From Mesotaenium endlicherianum (Eukaryota): a stretch of 21,013 bases of DNA. Position 1 is the first letter of the stretch. The number at the start of each line of letters is the position of its first letter. Below, piece after piece: positions 9,988-18,131 of this stretch. A program made the translations under genes and the position numbers. A model generated the notes under the pieces. The model did not search any database. It saw only the letters and a list, made by a program, of their open reading frames with translations, and had not been told where the DNA came from. The DNA lies in NCBI GenBank assembly GCA_009602735.1, contig WELA01002734.1, positions 62,001-83,013 of the forward strand. Direction: 5' to 3'.

Positions 9988-12857
9988 GAGTTGCTATAAT
10001 AACTTGCTGTACCATACTGTTGATGGTATCCGGAGTACATGGACAGTTTAATAAAAAAATGAATGCCGATGATTATACCGAGCTCACCACGCAAAGTATA
10101 CAGCAAAAAAATTACACAGCTGCTATCCGGTATGCCAAATCAGGATTAGCCAACAGGTCGGGCGATGTGGACCTGTTGTTCCTGCTGGGCAAAGCTTATA
10201 TGCTCCGGGGCAATGCCGACAGTGCCCGGCCCGTATTAAGACGGGTAGTAGTGAATCAACCTAAATACCGGGATGCCTATCTATTGATCATCAACCTGGA
10301 AATGCAGGACAAACACCCGGAGGAAGCCCTGTGCTTTGCAGATGATGCGCTTTACTACTTTCCGTATGATCGTGAGTTCATGCTGAAAAAAATGGCTGCA
10401 CTGGACGCCGGGCACGACAGGAAAAGTGCAGACAAATGGGCCGATGGTTTGTATGACCGTTATTACAACGACAGTTCGATCCTTCGTTTTTACATCAACT
10501 ACAAACTGGAAAACGCCAGGCGCTATCTCAAAAACGGAAATATACCCAGGGCCCATTACAATTATGATAAAGTACTGGAAGAAGACCCGGTCAACAAGGA
10601 AGCCATTGATGCATTATACAGCCTCGAACTCCGCAAAAGTAATAAGCAGGCTGCGCTGGACCTCACCAACAGGATGCTGGGAACCGACCCGCGTTCTTAT
10701 ACTTACCTGCTGCAGAAAGTGAGTCTGCTGGAAGAAATGAAACGATATGCCGAAGCGCTGGAGACATTGCAGATCATGCAGCATTATTTTCCCAATACAC
10801 CTAAGCTACAGCAGCTGCAGCAATCGCTCCAGATGGCTTCTGGTCGTTTCTATATGAAGCAGGACCCTTACCTGCAATTCCAGTCCATTTTATCTCAATC
10901 ACCTGCCAACCGCGAAGCAATCGACTATACCATCAATCTGGCCACATCAAAAGGTCTTTATACCGATGCGCTTGCTTTTGAAAATAATGCGCTTCGCCAC
11001 TATCCCGGCGACCTTAACCTGCTTTTAAAGAAAGAAGGTACATTGGAAAGCCTGCACCATTATATTCAGGCTGCGACTGTTGCAGAAGACATTTTTAACC
11101 GGCAGTCTACTATTGCCAACAAAGACCGGCTGGTTGAACTGACACTACAGGCCGGCAGGCAGTATCAACAAGACATGAATACCGACAGCGCACTGGCTGC
11201 TTTCAAACGCGTCCTCACACTTGAACCGAACAACCTGGCAGCGCTTCAGTACTCCGCCAATTTGTTGGTTGCCCGCAGACAGTTCAAGCCTGCGCTTGTA
11301 TTACTCGATCAGGCCATTTCCTCGCAACCTGGCAACAGGGATGAATGGTTGTTTAAAAAGGCTGATATACTCGCCCAATCAGGCCAGGTCGATGATGCGC
11401 TGGCAATCGCATGGCAGCTTGTGCAAAGGAATCCCGGCAACAGCGCTTACAACAACTTCTTGGTGGATCAGGCGCTTACATTAGGCAGGCAATACATGCA
11501 ATCGGAAGATTACGATGGAGCCCGTGAGGCATTCAGGACCGCGCTGGCAAGCGACATATCCAATATGGATGCTTTGAATGGCATGATCAATCTGGAAAGC
11601 GCTGTGCACCGTTACGATTCTGCATTGTATTATGCCAACAGGGCATTGCTCGTACAGCCCGATGATAAAAACCTGCTGTTGAAAAAAGCAGGTGTGCTGG
11701 AATCGATGCAGTCATTCAGGGAAGCTTATGTTATTACCAGTGCATTATACAAGCGCTACCCATTCAGTAGTAAGCTGCGCAATACCTACCTGGAACAGGT
11801 ATTAGCCTCAGGCCGCTACTTCAATAAAATGCAGCAGACCGACAGTGCGCTGTCTGAATTTTCCAAAGTGCTGGCGTTATCGCCTGCCGACAGCAATGCA
11901 CTCATGTATACCATCAATATACTGAATGAAAAAAAGGCTTACGATACGGCACTTACATTGATAGACAGGGGACGTGAGCATTACCCTGAGAGTGAATATT
12001 TCCTATTGAAAAAAGCGGTGGTTCTTGAAAACAAAGCGTCTTATCTCGATGCATTCAAGGCAGCCGATTCCACAGCAAAATTGTTCCCTTCCTTGAAAAA
12101 CAGGGAGTATGCCGATTATCTCCGGTCGAGAACTTTTAAAAACCAGGTAGGAATGCAGTTCCTGTACAGTGTGCTGGATACAGGCAGTCAAACCAGTCGT
12201 GCCAATATTGCCACTTTGCAATACCTGCATTATTTGAGCAAAGGATCTATTGCAGCCAGGCTGAATTTTGCAGGCCGCAATACAGGCACCGGTTTACAGA
12301 TGGAACTGGAAAGTTATTATAAACACAATCCCCGTTATTATTCTTATGCCAATATTGGAATATCCAACAATATTGTGTTCCCCCAGTGGAAATTGGGGTA
12401 CTCGTTGTTTCACAATTTTGCAAAAGGATGGGAAGCGGAATTGGGTGCCAGGTACCTGTGGTTCAAACAGGATCAGTCGGGGATATTTTCCATCGTTGGT
12501 TCCGGCGCTAAATATTTCGGCGACTTCTGGGCCAACCTGAGGTATTTCCTTATTTCCTCCGGTAACAGTAGCCTGTATCATGCAGCCACATTAAACATAC
12601 GCCAATACCTGAATGATAAAACAGATTACCTGAGCGCTGCTTTCGGAATTGGCAACTCGCCCGATGAGTTCAGCAGGAACTTCCGGTTACCGGCTAACCT
12701 CGGCATTACTACTTACAGTATTGGAATGGGATACGCACATACCATGCAATACAGGAATACAGTCAGTATTTCGGGGAACTGGTACAATCAGCAATTGACA
12801 TCGGGTACTTTCCGGAACCAGTATGATATATTCTTCAGTTTCCTGAGAAAATTTTAA
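9984..12857 (+). CDS. TPR-repeat protein with C-terminal YaiO-type outer-membrane beta-barrel (putative polysaccharide export protein)
   Basis: Likely start ATG 9984 (ATGA overlap) gives signal peptide [21 protein letters not shown]. About 700 aa of TPR-like helices follow (e.g. [32 protein letters not shown]), then ~240 aa of amphipathic strands ([21 protein letters not shown]) ending in a beta-signal with terminal Phe (FFSFLRKF). Confidence 0.82.
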   Translation: MRVAIITCCTILLMVSGVHGQFNKKMNADDYTELTTQSIQQKNYTAAIRYAKSGLANRSGDVDLLFLLGKAYMLRGNADSARPVLRRVVVNQPKYRDAYLLIINLEMQDKHPEEALCFADDALYYFPYDREFMLKKMAALDAGHDRKSADKWADGLYDRYYNDSSILRFYINYKLENARRYLKNGNIPRAHYNYDKVLEEDPVNKEAIDALYSLELRKSNKQAALDLTNRMLGTDPRSYTYLLQKVSLLEEMKRYAEALETLQIMQHYFPNTPKLQQLQQSLQMASGRFYMKQDPYLQFQSILSQSPANREAIDYTINLATSKGLYTDALAFENNALRHYPGDLNLLLKKEGTLESLHHYIQAATVAEDIFNRQSTIANKDRLVELTLQAGRQYQQDMNTDSALAAFKRVLTLEPNNLAALQYSANLLVARRQFKPALVLLDQAISSQPGNRDEWLFKKADILAQSGQVDDALAIAWQLVQRNPGNSAYNNFLVDQALTLGRQYMQSEDYDGAREAFRTALASDISNMDALNGMINLESAVHRYDSALYYANRALLVQPDDKNLLLKKAGVLESMQSFREAYVITSALYKRYPFSSKLRNTYLEQVLASGRYFNKMQQTDSALSEFSKVLALSPADSNALMYTINILNEKKAYDTALTLIDRGREHYPESEYFLLKKAVVLENKASYLDAFKAADSTAKLFPSLKNREYADYLRSRTFKNQVGMQFLYSVLDTGSQTSRANIATLQYLHYLSKGSIAARLNFAGRNTGTGLQMELESYYKHNPRYYSYANIGISNNIVFPQWKLGYSLFHNFAKGWEAELGARYLWFKQDQSGIFSIVGSGAKYFGDFWANLRYFLISSGNSSLYHAATLNIRQYLNDKTDYLSAAFGIGNSPDEFSRNFRLPANLGITTYSIGMGYAHTMQYRNTVSISGNWYNQQLTSGTFRNQYDIFFSFLRKF

Positions 12858-15131
12858 ATGCCAGGCATGATGCGTTTTGTACTGACCATAATGATCTCGT
12901 TGATGCTCACATCCTGCAACCGGGCTGCGGACCTGGTATTGGTATCCAAAGGCCACTCTGCTTATACCATCATCATCCCTGCTGAAGCTACTGCAAATGA
13001 AAAGAAGGCCGCCGGCATCTTGCAACAGTATATTCAACAGTTATCCGGACTTAGATTGCCCATTCAACCCGAGTCAGTTTCCGCTACAAGCAAATCGCCT
13101 TCTATTTATGTTGGCAATACGGAGAAAGCGCAAAGTTTTCAGGTTGGATCAGTAAATGGTGAAGGTTATTTGCTGACCCGACAAGATAATAACCTGGTGT
13201 TGTATGGCAGGCATGGCCAGGGGGTGGTATATGCGGTGTATGCATTCATCGAGAAATACTTCCATCTTTTTAAAGGCGCTGGCGAGCCTGTTTTTATTAC
13301 TCCGGTTAGAGACCTTGTGGTGACCGGTTTTACGCCAGCAATATCCAACCCTGCTTTTATTTATCGGCAGGCTTATTTCCCTGCATCACAGGATGCTGAA
13401 TACCTTTCGTGGCATAAACTACAACAGTTTGAGGACCTTTGGGGTATCTGGGGACACAGTTATTTTAAACTGGTAGATTCCGCTATCTATTTTAAAACAC
13501 ACCCGGAATACTTTTCAGCCATCGACAGCATCAGGCAACCTGTACAGCTTTGCATGAGCAATGAAAAGGTGGTAGAGATTGCCATAGCAGCGCTCAAAAA
13601 AAGAATGGAAAAATTTCCAGATGCTGAATATTGGTCCGTCAGCGCCAACGACAATATCAATTATTGTACCTGTGAAAAATGCAGGGCTATCCAGAAAGAA
13701 GAAGGGAGTGCATCCGGCGCCCATCTGCGGTTTGTGAACAGGATTGCTGCTGCTTTCCCCGATAAAAAGATCACCACACTGGCTTACCAGTACACAGCGG
13801 AACCACCTGCAAAAACCAAACCCCTGCCCAACGTGTTCATCATGCTGAGCACCATAGACGCTTATCGTTCAGCGCCACTTGTACAAGAAGCTTCTGCGCG
13901 TCTTTTCATGGAACAAATCAAAGGCTGGCGCAAGCTCACAGGCAATCTCATGCTTTGGGATTACAATACCCAATTCACTAACTATCTCTCGCCATTCCCA
14001 GATCTCTTTTTCCTGGCCGATAATATCAGGTTCTATCAATCGCTTGGCGTCAAAGGGTTGTTTTCGCAAGGCAGTGGTGAAAGTTACAGCGACCTCGCTG
14101 AACTGAGGTCTTATCTGCTGGCTAAACTCAGCTGGGATCCCCAGGCTGATTGGCGCCAGTTGATCGAAACATTCTGCTCGCAATATTATGGCGCTGCGGC
14201 TCCATTCATACGCAGTTATATTGATCAGCTACAGGAAGCAGCACAGCATTCCGGGCGTCCAATCGATATCTATGGCAACCCGGTATGGGAATACAATACT
14301 TACCTGAGCCCTGAAAAAATAGATGCCTATTCAACGATACTCGACAAAGCCGCGGCGGCAGTTGAGAACGATACATTGAAGAAAGCAAGGGTGGAAAGAG
14401 TAAGGCTATCCCTGGAATATACCGTATTGCAGCAATCCCGGTTTTTCGGCCCGGAAAAACATGGTTACCTCGAGCTCTTGCCGAACAAAAGCGGCTATCG
14501 GGTAAAAGCTTTGTGGCCTGGAAAAGTAGAACGCTTCGGAGCTGCTGCAACAAGGGCGGGTGTAAAAGAATTATCAGAAGGCGGGTTGAGTCCTGATGCA
14601 TATGGCCAGGAATGGCAAGGACTATTTGAAAAAGGATGGCAGCCCAATCTGGCATTGCATGCTGCTGTAAAATTAGCTACTCCTTTTGCACCTGAATATA
14701 CCAACAAAGGACCATTGACTTTGGTGGATGGCGTTACCGGCAATCATGATTTCAGTTATAACTGGCTTTGCTTTTACGGGCAGGATATGATTGCAACCAT
14801 CGACATGGGCGAAACGAAAACGGTCAGTAATATACATGCCGCATTTCTCGATGATCCAAAGCACCATATCTTTTTACCAGCTTCGTTACAGGTGGAAGTA
14901 TCGGCAGATGGCAGCCGGTATGAAGCCGTACAAAGCACTTATATGAATCAGCTGGGGGGCGCTCTTGAAGAACATTACAATATACACCGGATTGTGTTTG
15001 ATTTTTCTGTTCCGGAAACGAGGATACGTTACATCAGGTTTTCTGCAAAAAATCATGCTTCCTTGCCTAAGTGGCGTTATCATCCTAATAAAAAGCCTAT
15101 GATCGCTTGTGATGAAATATATGTTTTATAA
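12858..15131 (+). CDS. DUF4838-domain glycoside-hydrolase-like lipoprotein with C-terminal F5/8-type (discoidin/CBM32-like) domain
   Basis: Lipobox LTSC. N-terminal GH20/GH67-like accessory domain (AAGILQQYIQQLSG...EGYLL...GVVYAVYAFIEKY). DUF4838-like core (HSYFKLV..YFKTHPEYFS..QLCMSN..SANDN..YCTCEKC..TLAYQYT..WDY). C-terminal LVDG...TIDMG...RYIRF. Start could be 12867 or 12870. Confidence 0.8.
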   Translation: MPGMMRFVLTIMISLMLTSCNRAADLVLVSKGHSAYTIIIPAEATANEKKAAGILQQYIQQLSGLRLPIQPESVSATSKSPSIYVGNTEKAQSFQVGSVNGEGYLLTRQDNNLVLYGRHGQGVVYAVYAFIEKYFHLFKGAGEPVFITPVRDLVVTGFTPAISNPAFIYRQAYFPASQDAEYLSWHKLQQFEDLWGIWGHSYFKLVDSAIYFKTHPEYFSAIDSIRQPVQLCMSNEKVVEIAIAALKKRMEKFPDAEYWSVSANDNINYCTCEKCRAIQKEEGSASGAHLRFVNRIAAAFPDKKITTLAYQYTAEPPAKTKPLPNVFIMLSTIDAYRSAPLVQEASARLFMEQIKGWRKLTGNLMLWDYNTQFTNYLSPFPDLFFLADNIRFYQSLGVKGLFSQGSGESYSDLAELRSYLLAKLSWDPQADWRQLIETFCSQYYGAAAPFIRSYIDQLQEAAQHSGRPIDIYGNPVWEYNTYLSPEKIDAYSTILDKAAAAVENDTLKKARVERVRLSLEYTVLQQSRFFGPEKHGYLELLPNKSGYRVKALWPGKVERFGAAATRAGVKELSEGGLSPDAYGQEWQGLFEKGWQPNLALHAAVKLATPFAPEYTNKGPLTLVDGVTGNHDFSYNWLCFYGQDMIATIDMGETKTVSNIHAAFLDDPKHHIFLPASLQVEVSADGSRYEAVQSTYMNQLGGALEEHYNIHRIVFDFSVPETRIRYIRFSAKNHASLPKWRYHPNKKPMIACDEIYVL

Positions 15132-15150
15132 TACCTAATGTATTGATGAT

Positions 15151-15552
15151 ATGACACAGATACTGACTGTTGATGACGACCATATTATGCTGGTAATACT
15201 GAAGACCGTTCTTACGAAAGAAGGTTACCATGTTACACAGGTCAAGAACGGAAAAGAAGCCATCGCGCTCAAAGATCGATTTGCATTCGACCTGGTCATT
15301 TGTGATCTCATGATGCCGTATGCGAATGGATATGAAGTGCTCAGCAGTTTCAGGAATGATCCTGTTACCGCCAATACACCTATCATCATTCTTTCATCGA
15401 TAGGCAATACAGCTACTATTGAAGAAGTTTTGTCGCTGGGAGCAAACGAATTCATTTCCAAACCTTTCACTTCAGCAGATTTGCTTGGCAAGATCAAAAC
15501 ATTATTGAACACAAGAGAACATACAAATATTAGCCTGCATGAACAACGCTGA
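15151..15552 (+). CDS. Second single-domain response regulator receiver, paralog of 5452-5844
   Basis: 133 aa with ILTVDDD, DLVICDLMMPYANG, LSS and FISKP. No output domain. Its 3' end overlaps the convergent gene by 23 nt. Confidence 0.92.
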   Translation: MTQILTVDDDHIMLVILKTVLTKEGYHVTQVKNGKEAIALKDRFAFDLVICDLMMPYANGYEVLSSFRNDPVTANTPIIILSSIGNTATIEEVLSLGANEFISKPFTSADLLGKIKTLLNTREHTNISLHEQR

Positions 15553-16150
15553 CCATATCACTTTCTAAACCTATTTCTCTTTGCCCGTCGTAACACATTG
15601 CCTTGTATTCACGTATTTCGGGCTTCTCTTCTGTCGCCAATGGCCGCTTGTCAATAAACGGCGACCTCCTCCCCATACCCAAATATTTCCATTCTTCTTC
15701 TCCGCGGAGTCTGCCGTATAGTTTAACACCAAACATTCGTTTCTTGATAAACCGCACCGATACTTTTCCCAGCAATGAAGTGGGATGGAGTTCGGGTTTC
15801 AGGTCGCCGAAGTTGACTGGCTATCCTGTTATAACCACTCTCAATTCTGCACCCATATTGGGAGAATAATTGCCAAAAGTCTTCATAAAGCGAACCATTC
15901 TACGGATCTCTTTCAAATGGATTTCCTGGAAAAGCTTTTTGGCAGATGTCGCCTCCCGGAACGAATTCCGTTTGATAGCTACATCAGCAATGTTGTCGAT
16001 GAGTGCCTGTGCGATCTTTTGTTGTTCCGGTATTTGTTCTGGTGTGAGTCCGAGTGATGCCCCCAACTCCCCAATCTTTTGCTTATAGGTGTGGGCCCAT
16101 ACGCTCAGTTTACCATCGGTGCGCGGGATGTAATGATCAAATAGCTTCAT
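15530..16150 (-). pseudogene. Hypothetical protein (~206 codons) interrupted by one in-frame TAG at 15821-15823
   Basis: Track ORFs 15821..16150 and 15530..15775 are in the same frame. Reading through gives ...GAELRVVITG*PVNFGDLKPELHPTSLLGKVSVRF...SPFIDKRPL...REYKA...IGLESD, an N-terminal helical region plus a beta-rich C-terminal domain. Confidence 0.7.
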
Positions 16151-16321
16151 AAAAACAGCTTATATGAATAATAGTTTTTACTAATAAAACAAATAACATT
16201 CATATATGCAAGTGTTTTTCAGCATTTTTTAATCCATTAGCATATAAAGTATTGATTGTCAATATAGTTAATGGATAACTTCGGCTGCACTGCATGACCC
16301 ACGAACAGGCTGGCAGGTGTG

Positions 16322-16467
16322 GTGCACTACTTATACAATTGGTAATTCCATACTATACAATTGTCAGTTGTATAGTATGCAGCTAACAGTTGCAAGCTCT
16401 TGGAAGCCGTGTACTACTTATGCAATTGGGGTTTGTATACTATACAATTGTTGGTTGTATGGTATAC
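16322..16467. repeat. Two imperfect 59-bp direct repeats (16322-16380, 16409-16467), each containing a 12-13 bp stem-loop
   Basis: Manual alignment gives 48/59 identity with a period of 87 nt. Stems are CATACTATACAA-N7-TTGTATAGTATG and GTATACTATACAA-N7-TTGTATGGTATAC. Confidence 0.85.
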
Positions 16468-16640
16468 CGTTTCAATCCGTTCATTTTCCCCTAAAAAACT
16501 GGCGATGCGTGCTCCAGCGTCAACTGTAGCTGCACTAGCCAACATTGCATGACCTTCCAGCTTTGTTATAAAATGTCTTAACTTTTACCCTTGATCCTCC
16601 CCAATTAGGGGGCGATACAATCATTATATACTTTTAAAAA

Positions 16641-18131
16641 CTGCAAACGAGTTTAAAAAAACATACACACTTGTTTTTACTGGTAACGGTATTATCCTTA
16701 CTAAGTATAAATCGTTTTGCAATTGGCAGAGCGTATTATATAAGCCTTCAGGGAAACGATGTAAATCCTGGCACAAAAGCGGCCCCTTTTAAAACAATTG
16801 ACAAAATAAATAACATACGACTTAACGCCGGAGATACAGTTTATTTTCAATCGGGGCAAACTTTTAAAGGAACAATAGAGATTGATTCTGTTACTACAGG
16901 TAATCAAAGCCATCCAATCGTTATCAGGTCTTATGGAAAAGGCATAGCAACTATTGATGCTGATAGCGCCGCCGCGATTAGTTTATACCGGACACAATAT
17001 ATTGCTATCCGCCATTTACACTTAAAAGGGGCCGGCCGGAAGAACGGCAATACTAAATCCGGCCTGTTGATGGTGGGTTGTAATCATATTCAAGTTGATA
17101 GTATGGAGGTCAGCGGGTTTCAAAAACCGGGTGTACTTGTATTTACTTCTACCGAGATCATTTTAAGATTTATAAATGCGCATGACAACGGCTCTGCCGG
17201 TATTACTATTGAAGGAGATTTGGGTAAAAAGAATTCTAAGAATATCCTGATACGTTACTGTCGGGCAGAAAATAATCCCGGCGACCCAACTAATTTAACC
17301 AATCACAGCGGGAATGGTATCGTTGTAGGAAATTGTAAAAATGTATTGATTGATCAGTGTACCGCTACCAATAATGGATGGGATATGCCACGAATAGGTA
17401 ACGGTCCCGTTGGTATATGGGCCTATGAGGCAGACAGCGTCATTATCCAGCATTGCCTGTCGTATCGTAATAAGACATCTAAAGGTGGCGCAGATGGAGG
17501 CGGGTTTGACCTGGATGGCGGCGTTACCAATTCCATCATTCAATATTGTGTTTCGTATGAAAACCAAGGGAGTGGTTATTGCATATTTCAGTACTGGGGG
17601 GCGAGCCCCTGGTATCATAATATTTACAGGTATAACATAAGCGAGAATGATGGCACCGTTTCCGATTCACAAGCCGGTCTTTATGTATGGAACAGCTCCG
17701 ACGATGAAAAGCAATTTTACGACTGTGACGTATATGGCAATATTATTTATAATAGCAAAGTAGCAGCTATTTGCTTTTCAGAAAAAAGCGAAAGCAAAGG
17801 CATCCGGTTTCACGATAATATATTCGTTGGCAGGGATTCACTTATCAGGGGAATCGATAAGATCGGCGATGTTAAGTACCAGGGAAATGACTGGTGGAGT
17901 TTAAAAAGCGGATTCAACATCGATGGCATCAAACAATTGAAAGCATGGGTAACTAAGACTGGTAAGGAAATGAAAGACGGTCAGGTAATAGGCCTTAATG
18001 TATTCCCTGCATTTAAAAACCCAGGCAAAATCAATATAACATCAGCATCCCAAATAAGCTCCTTTACCAACTATCAATTGCCCAAAGAATCGGGGTTGAA
18101 GGACAAGCTAAAATTGTTACAGTTAAAATGA
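16641..18131 (+). CDS. Secreted right-handed parallel beta-helix protein (pectate-lyase-like fold, putative CAZyme)
   Basis: Has YYISLQGNDVNPGTKAAPFKTI, GDTVYFQSG, repeated beta-helix coils (HDNGSAGITI, SGNGIVVGNCKNVLIDQCTATNNG) and DGGGFDLDGGVTNSIIQY. Start is uncertain (CTG 16641 or TTG 16671). Confidence 0.8.
   Translation: MQTSLKKHTHLFLLVTVLSLLSINRFAIGRAYYISLQGNDVNPGTKAAPFKTIDKINNIRLNAGDTVYFQSGQTFKGTIEIDSVTTGNQSHPIVIRSYGKGIATIDADSAAAISLYRTQYIAIRHLHLKGAGRKNGNTKSGLLMVGCNHIQVDSMEVSGFQKPGVLVFTSTEIILRFINAHDNGSAGITIEGDLGKKNSKNILIRYCRAENNPGDPTNLTNHSGNGIVVGNCKNVLIDQCTATNNGWDMPRIGNGPVGIWAYEADSVIIQHCLSYRNKTSKGGADGGGFDLDGGVTNSIIQYCVSYENQGSGYCIFQYWGASPWYHNIYRYNISENDGTVSDSQAGLYVWNSSDDEKQFYDCDVYGNIIYNSKVAAICFSEKSESKGIRFHDNIFVGRDSLIRGIDKIGDVKYQGNDWWSLKSGFNIDGIKQLKAWVTKTGKEMKDGQVIGLNVFPAFKNPGKINITSASQISSFTNYQLPKESGLKDKLKLLQLK

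Noticed and set aside
7010..12857. Naming the operon pgaABCD, icaADBC, bcs or nfrAB
   Set aside because: No PgaB/IcaB deacetylase, PgaD, BcsB, PilZ or MshEN domain is recognisable. The similarity is at superfamily and architecture level only, so no gene symbols were assigned.
15821..15823. Genome-wide TAG recoding or pyrrolysine
   Set aside because: No other gene in the window has an internal TAG, TAG appears to terminate the gene ending at 20174, and no pyl genes are present.
16250..16264. Short inverted repeat TATTGA-TTG-TCAATA
   Set aside because: Six-bp arms in very AT-rich DNA are expected by chance, and there is no independent support.
16317..16529. 70-aa ORF with an internal repeat, or a mini CRISPR array
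   Set aside because: The peptide repeat simply mirrors the DNA repeat. Two 59-bp units at 81% identity with no cas genes do not fit a CRISPR array.
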